From a virus (lineage: Duplodnaviria; Caudoviricetes): a stretch of 56,899 nucleotides of DNA. The notes under the pieces are model-generated. The model saw only the letters and a program-made list of their open reading frames with translations. It was not told the origin of the DNA and did no database searches. Below, one piece after another: positions 28,724 to 37,509 of the stretch. The number at the start of each line of letters is the position of its first letter. Position 1 is the stretch's first letter. The DNA is taken from IMG/VR virus record IMGVR_UViG_3300010400_000024, positions 1 to 56,899 of that record; one strand, 5' to 3'. The position numbers and the translations under genes were made by a program.

Positions 28724-29377
28724 TTAGTTGCTGATCCGCCTCATTCTTCTTATTGTGGTATTCATCAGTTGCTTGCAGAACCTTCTCTATGTATTTAAGG
28801 TGAGAAGGTTCTTGTTGAAATAACCCGCCCGGATTAGGTAAACAGTGTAACCTTTCACACAGGTAGGCTATCTCACACCAATTGTATACCTTCCTTCTTA
28901 AGTCTCGATCTTCGATTCGGTCGCCGCGTCCTGAGATGGCGAGGTAGACCGCTCGATAAAATCCTCCAACGACTCTTCACTCTCATCCTCATTAAGAGCA
29001 TCAATGAGAGCTTCTAGCTCTGATCCAACTTTAGGAGCTAGAAGCTGAAGTGTCATTGGATTACCGAAATCGAGCAAGACACCATTAACATCGGTGATGT
29101 TGTGTTCACCAACGCAATGCTTGAAGTCATAAGCTCTAGACCACTTGCTCAAAGTCTCTAGCTCAAACTTCTGAGTATCATCACCCTTACGACCTCTACC
29201 AGTCGCAGCCTCCATACTCATCTTCGTAGCCTTGTCACGACGTTCTAGCTTTAGACCGAATGGCAGAGGACGAAGCATGACATAACCATCTTCGTCCTCT
29301 GGCACATTCGGATTAGCTTTAAGCGTCTTAAGCTCAAAGCGTTCGTACTTGTTCGGATCAATCGTTCCAACTGGCAT
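28674..29377 (-). CDS. tail assembly chaperone GT (-1 frameshift product)
   Basis: slippery G-GAT-TTT at 28964-28958; the -1 frame reads FYRAVYL...LCERLHCLPNPGGLFQQ... to stop at 28676-28674. Confidence 0.75.
28898..29377 (-). CDS. tail assembly chaperone G
   Basis: position between major tail and tape measure genes. Confidence 0.8.
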   Translation of the reverse strand: MPVGTIDPNKYERFELKTLKANPNVPEDEDGYVMLRPLPFGLKLERRDKATKMSMEAATGRGRKGDDTQKFELETLSKWSRAYDFKHCVGEHNITDVNGVLLDFGNPMTLQLLAPKVGSELEALIDALNEDESEESLEDFIERSTSPSQDAATESKIET

Positions 29378-29405
29378 GTTCTCTCCTGTGTTAAACGATG
29401 CCTAT

Positions 29406-29537
29406 TTACTGGTCTGTACTTTCAGATGGTGCTGGTGTTTCTTCAGCAGGTGCTTCTTCAGTTGTATCCTCTTCCGGCTCACTAGCGGGAGTTTCCTCCG
29501 TACCGGGAGTTGTCTCTTCTGGCGCTGCTTCACTCAT
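29406..29537 (-). CDS. 43-aa acidic Glu/Pro/Thr-rich peptide
   Basis: AAAGGAGG RBS; MSEAAPEETTPGTEETPASEPEEDTTEEAPAEETPAPSESTDQ; not in ORF track. Confidence 0.65.
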   Translation of the reverse strand: MSEAAPEETTPGTEETPASEPEEDTTEEAPAEETPAPSESTDQ

Positions 29538-29563
29538 GTTATCCTCCTTTCCTCTCCTAAGGA

Positions 29564-30571
29564 TTACGTGATGTTTACTGCACCCTTGACGGTAATCTGA
29601 TAAGGGTTGCCGCCTGCGATACCAAGAGCGTGTCCAGTTGTCTGTGCCATGATAAGATCAGCGATACCACCAAGACCGATATCGTATGAATCATAGGCAC
29701 TTCTGTTAAACGTAATCTGGACACCTTCCGTTGACGCAGCGAACGTACCCGTAGGACGTACTGATTCAAGTCTAACTGCTCTCTGTGTGGCAGCCTTGAA
29801 GTTGTCGTACTCAGTACGGCTTACGAAGTCTAGCTCAGTTGTGTATCCTGCTTCCGTCTTACCGAAGCTGACGTAAGTAGCGCCACGGTTAGCAACAATG
29901 CGGTTCTGCGCTGAAGCATTGTAATTCATGTTAGCCGTGAAGCCGTTGAAGTCAACACTTGCAGCACCGAATGAAGGTGCCGTACCCGCAGCAGTAACAA
30001 AGACGCTGTGAGCATCTGCACCAAACAACTCAGGCGTGACCCATGTAGGCGTACCGTTACCACCTGGCTGCTGCTCGTTCTGGCCTACAATACCGAAAGT
30101 TACCTTTAGAACTCCACCGTCGATTGTCCACTCCATTGTATTAACGGAGCAACCACCGTAACCAAAGCCAATACCGTTACGAATAACTGACAACGATGCT
30201 GTTCTCTGTACCGCTCCTGAAGCTGCCGTACTTTGTGAACCAGCCTGTGAAGGAACGAAGTCATACGTCCAAGGATCAGCAGCACCCGTCTTAGTGATAG
30301 AGTGCCTTGAGCAGTAAAGAAGATAAGGCAGGAAGTTAGCATCAGCTTCCATAACAACATCGCCTTCGACGTGGTAGTAACCGGACTTAACATCGGAGTC
30401 GATAGTTTGTTGCCTAATCTGCTCTGAGTAGTACTTATCCTCAACGTAATGCAAACTCTCGCTGAGAATAGGCATGAAAATCGTACCAGCAGTAGTTGGA
30501 GGCAAATAAGTACCTACTGCCACTTCAAACGTAAAGGCTAGATAACCTGAACCGCCTAGACCAGCAGGCAT
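29564..30571 (-). CDS. major tail (tube) protein
   Basis: 335 aa beta-rich; G-x-G-x-L-x-x-x-x-E N-terminus; position. Confidence 0.85.
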   Translation of the reverse strand: MPAGLGGSGYLAFTFEVAVGTYLPPTTAGTIFMPILSESLHYVEDKYYSEQIRQQTIDSDVKSGYYHVEGDVVMEADANFLPYLLYCSRHSITKTGAADPWTYDFVPSQAGSQSTAASGAVQRTASLSVIRNGIGFGYGGCSVNTMEWTIDGGVLKVTFGIVGQNEQQPGGNGTPTWVTPELFGADAHSVFVTAAGTAPSFGAASVDFNGFTANMNYNASAQNRIVANRGATYVSFGKTEAGYTTELDFVSRTEYDNFKAATQRAVRLESVRPTGTFAASTEGVQITFNRSAYDSYDIGLGGIADLIMAQTTGHALGIAGGNPYQITVKGAVNIT

Positions 30572-31011
30572 TAGTTGTCACCTCCCGTATCGCTTGTAGT
30601 TGTATCGGAACTACTAGAACTAGTAGTATCCATTAGTGTAGTAGATTTTGGTGCTTCTACCACTTCTTCCTCTTCTTCAACTTCGGGAGTTCCATTGAGA
30701 TTAGCATGTTCAAAAACTTCACCCGTAGTTGGATCAATATTCATAGCCGTAGGATCAGACGAAGGTGTTGAGGTAACGTCTTTACCCAACACATCTTCAA
30801 GATCGGTGATAATAGGACTTCCAGAAACTTCAAGAAAAGCAGACTGACCGAGAATGTCGTTTGCTCCAACCTGCGCGTAAGCAGCGAAGTTTCTTTCCTC
30901 GTCCTCTGTTACCTCTCTAGCAGTACCGTTCTCAAAGAGACCTAGCCCATTAATCCCGAAAAGCATTCCTTCGGGATAATCAGGGTGATCCACTTTAACT
31001 GTAAGAGCCAT
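30571..31011 (-). CDS. hypothetical virion-module protein with acidic Ser/Thr tail
   Basis: AGGGAGG RBS before MALTVKV. Confidence 0.6.
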   Translation of the reverse strand: MALTVKVDHPDYPEGMLFGINGLGLFENGTAREVTEDEERNFAAYAQVGANDILGQSAFLEVSGSPIITDLEDVLGKDVTSTPSSDPTAMNIDPTTGEVFEHANLNGTPEVEEEEEVVEAPKSTTLMDTTSSSSSDTTTSDTGGDN

Positions 31012-31028
31012 GCTTAGATTTCCTCCCT

Positions 31029-31481
31029 TCAATTCCAGTGTTGTTCAGTTATACATTCCCAAGCGAGTCGTGTACCTACGATACCTTCACCCTTTCCTGT
31101 CCTAGCAGCAATAATGCCAGGAGTTGAAGATTCGACAAAACCAAAGATCACTCTTTGACCAAACGTTTTATCTTGCTCAATCAACGTTTCGATTGCTGTT
31201 GCAAACGCCAAATCTTCTTGACTACGCTCAGTGTGGGTTATCGTAAGCTGTGCATGATAAATCCAGATGATGCACCTAAGCGTAACTAGGAAAGTGTGCG
31301 TACCGTGTACTTCTTTAGTCTTAACACCAGGGCTAATCACTACGTTAGGATAGCGAGGAAGCAGATTCTCATCATACTGCCCCACATACTCCATGCCGAG
31401 TAGACCTGCGTTCTCACGGATAAGATCATAAAGCATCTCAACCGCTTCTTCAGGCGTGGTAATCAATTCTATGACTGGCAT
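31029..31481 (-). CDS. tail terminator-like protein
   Basis: size, YPNVVISPG, position upstream of the tail tube gene. Confidence 0.6.
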   Translation of the reverse strand: MPVIELITTPEEAVEMLYDLIRENAGLLGMEYVGQYDENLLPRYPNVVISPGVKTKEVHGTHTFLVTLRCIIWIYHAQLTITHTERSQEDLAFATAIETLIEQDKTFGQRVIFGFVESSTPGIIAARTGKGEGIVGTRLAWECITEQHWN

Positions 31482-32119
31482 TACCCGCCACCCAACATAG
31501 GCCCAAACTTACCACCAACCATAGTTTGAACCTTACCACTAGGTCGAACGTAGAAACCGCTAACTCCACCTTCAAACCAGGCATCGAACGCTTCGATAAT
31601 CATCATCTGTGCATCGAAGCTAATACCAACAAACGGACGTGCTGGCATACCACCACCAGCAAGAGGATCAATCTCAAATCCTTTTGCTGACAACTCTTCA
31701 AGGATTGTACGCATACCTTTACCGGCTGCTCCTGTTTCGTGGTAATGCCAATAAGGAGGAAAGCCTGACGTATCAATGAAAAGATCACGTCCATCAATCA
31801 AGTATGCACCATCACTAACTGCTGCATCATGCATAGCACCAGTCAACTGAAGGATAGGATGCTCTCCCCACCTTTCGATAGTGCTATCAGCTAGTGGTGC
31901 CCAAGCTTCACCATCAGGACTTGTCTCCGTATCGAAGTGTTGTTGCATGTCCTGTTGTGCAATGCCTTTAGCAGCTTCAAGTGGAGGAATGAAGTTCTCA
32001 AGATAACCTGCCAACTCCAAAAGTTTAGCGGCAACGACTGAAGGGTCAGGAACCCATGTTATCGAAACCGCTGCTTCACCTAATACACCACCGCCACTAA
32101 GGAAAAGAGTTTCGCTCAT
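31481..32119 (-). CDS. virion morphogenesis (Mu gpG-like) neck protein
   Basis: F..ETSPDGEAWAPLA.ST, ILQLTG, MPARPFVGI. Confidence 0.8.
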   Translation of the reverse strand: MSETLFLSGGGVLGEAAVSITWVPDPSVVAAKLLELAGYLENFIPPLEAAKGIAQQDMQQHFDTETSPDGEAWAPLADSTIERWGEHPILQLTGAMHDAAVSDGAYLIDGRDLFIDTSGFPPYWHYHETGAAGKGMRTILEELSAKGFEIDPLAGGGMPARPFVGISFDAQMMIIEAFDAWFEGGVSGFYVRPSGKVQTMVGGKFGPMLGGG

Positions 32120-32581
32120 TTAGCTAAACACCTTATCCATCGTGAACTTAGCGCCGGGAGCAGAAGCATTAGGATAGAAGTCGTCAGAGGTTAACGATGC
32201 TACGCCCTCAGCGGGAATCGGAACATTGTTAACATCGACCACTACTAGCACTCCTGTTCTAACTTGGTCAATCATCATGTTAGCTTCGTTATAAAGATTC
32301 TGAGCATACGTGTTTACAGTCTCGATATCCTCACTGTAAAGTAGAGCATACCACTTAGCAGCTATGAGCCTCCCCGCGATACCCCTAATAGCATCAGGGG
32401 TAGTCGCGGGAGAGACCCATGCTGTAAGTGTTGCTGCACTAAAGAAACCCGATAGCAAGCTTCGCACATATCTAGCAACGTCAATTTGAAGTTCATTGTC
32501 GTCACTATCCAACATCTTCGCCTTATCAGACGGAAGATGGGTGTTGATATCATCGAGACTCGCTAGGATTTCAGCAGCCAT
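32120..32581 (-). CDS. head-tail adaptor (Mu gp36-like)
   Basis: LASLDDI N-terminus, helical; position. Confidence 0.6.
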   Translation of the reverse strand: MAAEILASLDDINTHLPSDKAKMLDSDDNELQIDVARYVRSLLSGFFSAATLTAWVSPATTPDAIRGIAGRLIAAKWYALLYSEDIETVNTYAQNLYNEANMMIDQVRTGVLVVVDVNNVPIPAEGVASLTSDDFYPNASAPGAKFTMDKVFS

Positions 32582-33003
32582 TACGTGTCCTTGCCTCCAC
32601 CACTACTACTGGAGGTTGCAGACTCTGAAGGGCCAGTTGCAGGCTCGACACCTTCAGGCAGAAGTGCAGTACCAGTTGAAGCAGCGTTAATAGCAATTAC
32701 AGAAGCGATATTCTCTTCTGACGTTTCAACGTCAGTAAGAGCGCCTTCTGCGGCTTTACGCATTTCTTCCCGAAGGAACTCAACTGGACTACCCTGGAAC
32801 GTTTCAGGCATATCAGGATACGCCTGAGAACGTACAGCACCACTATCAATCAACTGCTGCCAACCATCATCGTCAACACCGAGAGCATCCTTATTAACGG
32901 ATTCTCCGGGTTTAACGGTGACTTCCTCTAGGTCAGGGTCTTTATGAGTCCCGTTGTTCTTAGAACTAACGATAGGACTCCATGCAACAAGATCCTTAGC
33001 CAT
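32581..33003 (-). CDS. hypothetical protein after the major capsid gene
   Basis: AGGGAGGG RBS. Confidence 0.6.
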   Translation of the reverse strand: MAKDLVAWSPIVSSKNNGTHKDPDLEEVTVKPGESVNKDALGVDDDGWQQLIDSGAVRSQAYPDMPETFQGSPVEFLREEMRKAAEGALTDVETSEENIASVIAINAASTGTALLPEGVEPATGPSESATSSSSGGGKDT

Positions 33004-33024
33004 TGTTTAAACCCTCCCTTCCGT

Positions 33025-34035
33025 TTACGGAATTGCTGCTACAGCGTTTGTGATGAGATAACCGGCAGTTGGTGACACAAGTTTAAGGTCATAGTTCTGA
33101 CTGACCCTAACAATGTCACTCTTACGACCATGCTCATACCATTTATCGGCAGGACGGATAGTACCATCAGGATACACCTGAGCAAACGTCTTACCGAACG
33201 TCTTAGTGCGCTGACCGGGCGTATTGTCTACAATACCAACCCATACGTCCTGCCCCCAAAACGACGTAATTGACTCAGTAGCGTCAATGTTATCCGCCGC
33301 ATTGTACTTACTATCTACCATGAACACGTTTTGAGGCGCTGGAACGTTAAGCAGAGCTTTCCAAGCCTCGGGATCAATCAGCGAGAAGTTCTTAAAGCGA
33401 TCCACAACTCGCGGATGACCTTCAACAACCCCAAGTGCATCAGTTGGGAAGATCATTGTATTAGGCCATCGTCCTGTGTCAATGTAGATACGCATTGCAG
33501 CAGTACGCAGGTTTGTAACAGGATCACTCGTTGAAGCAACTCCACCAGTGTAATCTGACCACTGAGAGGCACCAGCCAACGTGACCTTGTGGTTAGCAGC
33601 ATAGTTAGCGACGTTACGCATTACATTCGCTACTTTCTGCTCCCACTCAAGCATAATGCTACGAGTGATAAGATCAACAGCATCCCTTTCAGGATCAAGC
33701 TGAAGATCGCCACCAAACACAGCGTTAGCAAGACCACCCTGACTTGTTAGCTCTTGACGCTCTTCATCGTGGATGGGGGACTGAAGTGAATGCTCTTTGC
33801 AGAAGAACACATCTTCCGACCATTTACCACCACGAACCTCGTTAGCAACCGTTCCCGGCTCACGACGGGAGGGGTAGATCAACCAGTTGCTACGATCGTA
33901 TACACGGTATCGACCCGACCGTGTTCTAACAGGTGTAATAGGGAACAGTCTACTTGCATACAAATTGTTCTCCACAAAACCAGTAGAGAAACCTGTTAGG
34001 ATCGGATCACTATAAAGTTCACCAGGATCGTACAT
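33025..34035 (-). CDS. major capsid protein
   Basis: 336 aa; DPILT..S.G, LFPITPV, WSD...SDPV, AGYLITNA; strong RBS. Confidence 0.9.
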   Translation of the reverse strand: MYDPGELYSDPILTGFSTGFVENNLYASRLFPITPVRTRSGRYRVYDRSNWLIYPSRREPGTVANEVRGGKWSEDVFFCKEHSLQSPIHDEERQELTSQGGLANAVFGGDLQLDPERDAVDLITRSIMLEWEQKVANVMRNVANYAANHKVTLAGASQWSDYTGGVASTSDPVTNLRTAAMRIYIDTGRWPNTMIFPTDALGVVEGHPRVVDRFKNFSLIDPEAWKALLNVPAPQNVFMVDSKYNAADNIDATESITSFWGQDVWVGIVDNTPGQRTKTFGKTFAQVYPDGTIRPADKWYEHGRKSDIVRVSQNYDLKLVSPTAGYLITNAVAAIP

Positions 34036-34055
34036 TTATTCTACTCACCTCCCTC

Positions 34056-34445
34056 TTATGCCTTGATGTACTTAACGATTGCTAGATCAACAGCAATACG
34101 AACACCAGCGCCAGAAGCAGCCTGTCGTGCAACTCCCCAAACACGCTGAGTAGCAGCAGCAGCAACACAACGACCGTTTGCATCTACTGTAACGTCAGCG
34201 CCTCTAGTAATCGCTGCACCAGCTTCCCACTCTGTAGTACCATCTTCTCTAATCGAAGCACCTTTACCCTTAGCCAACTCAGCAGCACTAACAGCAAACT
34301 GAGAAACGCCAAGTCCAGCTTCGCCTAGAACAGTACAGGGAGTTACGGACTCAGCAGAAGCACCCGGCTTAACCGCACGAAACTTGGTAAGCGCGGCGTC
34401 GGTGTCATAGCCCTTATCCCTCTGATAGTTACCAATTGCAGGCAT
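34056..34445 (-). CDS. capsid decoration/cement protein (DUF2190-like)
   Basis: EAGAAITRGADVTVDANGR, GVARQAASGAG. Confidence 0.75.
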   Translation of the reverse strand: MPAIGNYQRDKGYDTDAALTKFRAVKPGASAESVTPCTVLGEAGLGVSQFAVSAAELAKGKGASIREDGTTEWEAGAAITRGADVTVDANGRCVAAAATQRVWGVARQAASGAGVRIAVDLAIVKYIKA

Positions 34446-34462
34446 CTATTGTAACCCCCTTT

Positions 34463-35119
34463 CTAGCTCTGACTTCTTGAACGAATACGCCGAGCCTCTT
34501 CAGCTTCTGCGTATTCCTTAGCAAGATCGGGATTCTCGGTAGCAGCCTGATGTAGTGCAACTTCAAAACTAACAGGCGTACCCTCAGCATTAGCCTTAAC
34601 CATGACTTCCTTTGCTTTCTCGGAAAGCATCTTAGCAGCAGAGCTTCCTTCACCTTCAGGATTCTCACGAACACGCCCACTACCGACTTCACCGTAATCA
34701 ACAATAGCCTTATCAGTAGTAAGAACATCGAGAACTTCCTGAAGATCAGTGATACTGGCCGTACCTTCATGGAACTTCTTAGCGATACCCTCGATCTTTC
34801 CAAGAGCAATACCACTAAGTCCCTTATTAGTGCTTACACGCTCTGCATCGTCGCCCTCACCCTTAAGAGTTACGATACGCTCGTAACGCTCAGAGAAGTT
34901 CTTGGCGATACGATCATCTTCTGCCTTCTGAAGCTTCTTCATTCTTTCAGCCTCTTCAGGGAACTCTTCAGCAAACTGCTTTGCTTTCTTGTTATCCTCA
35001 TGGAACTTCTTGAGAGGCGCAACAGTCTCGACGATTGCTACAATTTCAGCATTAACAGCATCGTCAGTTGCATCTTCGGGAAGTCCTAGAGCAACAAGAG
35101 TCTCCTTAGCCAATTTCAC
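34463..35119 (-). CDS. nested scaffold protein (internal start)
   Basis: in-frame AAGGAGGG-N7-GTG inside the protease gene, just after a disordered linker. Confidence 0.6.
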   Translation of the reverse strand: MKLAKETLVALGLPEDATDDAVNAEIVAIVETVAPLKKFHEDNKKAKQFAEEFPEEAERMKKLQKAEDDRIAKNFSERYERIVTLKGEGDDAERVSTNKGLSGIALGKIEGIAKKFHEGTASITDLQEVLDVLTTDKAIVDYGEVGSGRVRENPEGEGSSAAKMLSEKAKEVMVKANAEGTPVSFEVALHQAATENPDLAKEYAEAEEARRIRSRSQS

Positions 35120-36016
35120 GTCACTACCCTCCTTTGTGTCTTGTGGCGGTGGACTATCCCTACGGATACCCTCACCATCTTTATCTCCTGAAATATCTTC
35201 ACCATCTTCTCGTGGTTGAGGAGGACTACCAGTACCAGGCTCACTATGTTCCATATCAATTTCTTCTGCCTTGGTAACAACGCGCCAACTCTCGCCGTTG
35301 TTATCACTAGCAATCCACTTACCATCCTTGTACCGAAACTTTGTAGTTTCCTCTTCTAGCACCGCCTCCGAGAAGTTGATGGGAACCATATCTTTCATCC
35401 AAGGCTTATTAGTAAGCCCTCCACCGACAACAACGTTCTCAAACGTTTCGCCTGTTTCTTCGTCAAGATAATCATCGTAGAACATAGGGCTAAAGTACTT
35501 CCACTCACCATCTTTAATCTCTGACAATGCAGTAGGCGTAAACTCGATCTGTGCCCACACACCATCATCACGCAACTCCATATCTCGATACCAACCACTT
35601 GCTTTGTCACCTTTAGCCTTATCCGTACCATGCTCGTAGTCTGTGTTAATCTCGATCCTACGAACGTTCTCCTTGAAATTCTTGACGTAATCACTAGCCG
35701 TCTTGTGATTAACCGTTGTGTCACCATAAACAGGATGAGGCCAGTGACCAAACGGGAAAATCTGAATCCAAGGCAACTCACCTTCTTTAACATCAACCAA
35801 CGAGGCGCTAAAGTTCTTAACCGGAACTGCAACGCTTCGTTCGCTGAAATTCTTGCCACTATTAGCATAGATCGCACGAAGCTGTTTGACAGCATCAGCA
35901 CGATTAGCATGGCAACTACCATTACCACCATGAATAGGCGTATCCGTAGCCTTATCAGCTACACAGAACTGATCGCCTTTCTTCACTACCTTGTACTTAG
36001 TTGTTGGCATAATCAC
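34463..36016 (-). CDS. Mu-like prohead protease with C-terminal scaffold
   Basis: WIQIFPFG, DYEH, ASGW, WKYFSP, GGGLTNKP; coiled-coil C-terminus. Confidence 0.85.
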   Translation of the reverse strand: MIMPTTKYKVVKKGDQFCVADKATDTPIHGGNGSCHANRADAVKQLRAIYANSGKNFSERSVAVPVKNFSASLVDVKEGELPWIQIFPFGHWPHPVYGDTTVNHKTASDYVKNFKENVRRIEINTDYEHGTDKAKGDKASGWYRDMELRDDGVWAQIEFTPTALSEIKDGEWKYFSPMFYDDYLDEETGETFENVVVGGGLTNKPWMKDMVPINFSEAVLEEETTKFRYKDGKWIASDNNGESWRVVTKAEEIDMEHSEPGTGSPPQPREDGEDISGDKDGEGIRRDSPPPQDTKEGSDVKLAKETLVALGLPEDATDDAVNAEIVAIVETVAPLKKFHEDNKKAKQFAEEFPEEAERMKKLQKAEDDRIAKNFSERYERIVTLKGEGDDAERVSTNKGLSGIALGKIEGIAKKFHEGTASITDLQEVLDVLTTDKAIVDYGEVGSGRVRENPEGEGSSAAKMLSEKAKEVMVKANAEGTPVSFEVALHQAATENPDLAKEYAEAEEARRIRSRSQS

Positions 36017-37509
36017 GCTCCACTCGTAGGCGATTTTCCTACGTTACCCGGCTTCGTTTGTCCACCTGCACTAGCACCCGCAGGAAGAACAACCCCGCCA
36101 GGAGTAGTAGTCGTTGTCTTACTGATAGGAACAGGATTACCCTGCTCATCAGTCTGACCCTGCAACAAAATCTGCTCTCGTCTTTGCTGTTCAGTGAACT
36201 CAGGACGATCCTCAAGCTTAACCGGGATATCGAGAACATTACGGAACCACTGTTCAGTTTCCAAGTCCATAGTGATAGCGCCACTCTTGACCATGTTAGC
36301 GATACCGGCTGTCCACATCTGAACGTCCTTAGCCTCACCGATGTTGCGTACCTTCATCTTCGGGAACTGATCTGTTTCAAAGTTGTAAGCAACCAAGTTA
36401 GGGATCAAATACTGATTGAAGTACTCGCAGATAAGATTAGCCAAGTACTTCATCGCCTTAAGGAACATATCAGCCGCAGTAGCACCTGTAGCGCGTCCAC
36501 CACCACTACCTTCAATTCCAAGATTGAGGAACTGAACCATGATGTTCTTCATAATCATGTTATCATGGTGGTTCGCGCTTTCAAGAGCATTGACCAAGTT
36601 GCCACTCAACTCAGCAAACCCCACAGTCATGCGATTTGTGCGAACGATGTAAGAACTCTCATTCGTCCTAAGATTAGCACCTAGCTCATGTGCAATCTTA
36701 CGATCCTGTGGCGTATGTCCTGGGCCTAGCTCGATATCAGGAACACCAATACCATGACGCTCTTTCTGGATAGCATCAATACGGTAAAGAATGTCCTTGT
36801 AGTACCAGTGAGGGTAAGCACTCCGAAGAATGCTCTCACCTTCAAGATTACCGCCCGACTTATCGAAGGTAAAGACCATAGCCTTTTCAATCGGAATCTT
36901 TACCTCTTTAGATTGCCCATCAGCTTGAATAGCCTGCTGAAGAATCTCTATAGGGCCACCGTTATCATCGTAGTTAAACTGTGTAATAGTAGAAGCAGGG
37001 CGGGGAGCAAGCTTACGAAGCATTGTGTACTTGCGACGGTTTGCCATTGAGTTGGTTTTCTTTGGTGCCCACTCTCGCAACTCATATACTGGTTCAGCAA
37101 CAAAGAAACCATCCTCTAGCATCTGACAGATATTCTGCAAGACAACAAGCCAAGGAGTTGTCATTGCATGGAAGATGTTAAAGTCTACAAACTCCCAAAT
37201 CGCCTGATGCTCGTCTGTCTCGTCGTAAGCATCAATGTAGTAATCTCCACCTAAGATCGGTGTCTTACCAGCTCGTAGACTTACTCTTACCGAAGCATCG
37301 CCTCTTACCATCTTCTTGTAAGTAAGTGTGGCTTGGCGTCTATTAGCTAGCTCAGGTACAACCTCTCTAATAGAACTAGCTTGTGAGCTACCAATCTCTT
37401 CAAACCCAGGAGGCTTAATATCCGTTTGAACGGTATACTGCGTACCCGAAACTTGACGGGTAGGCGTCTGGTCTTTCTTCTTAAGAGTAGGTAGTTTGGG
37501 TGCTGCCAC
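36013..37509 (-). CDS. portal protein (DUF935/Mu gp29-like)
   Basis: GESILRSAYPHWYYK, ERHGIGVP; position after terminase. Confidence 0.85.
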   Translation of the reverse strand: MAAPKLPTLKKKDQTPTRQVSGTQYTVQTDIKPPGFEEIGSSQASSIREVVPELANRRQATLTYKKMVRGDASVRVSLRAGKTPILGGDYYIDAYDETDEHQAIWEFVDFNIFHAMTTPWLVVLQNICQMLEDGFFVAEPVYELREWAPKKTNSMANRRKYTMLRKLAPRPASTITQFNYDDNGGPIEILQQAIQADGQSKEVKIPIEKAMVFTFDKSGGNLEGESILRSAYPHWYYKDILYRIDAIQKERHGIGVPDIELGPGHTPQDRKIAHELGANLRTNESSYIVRTNRMTVGFAELSGNLVNALESANHHDNMIMKNIMVQFLNLGIEGSGGGRATGATAADMFLKAMKYLANLICEYFNQYLIPNLVAYNFETDQFPKMKVRNIGEAKDVQMWTAGIANMVKSGAITMDLETEQWFRNVLDIPVKLEDRPEFTEQQRREQILLQGQTDEQGNPVPISKTTTTTPGGVVLPAGASAGGQTKPGNVGKSPTSGA

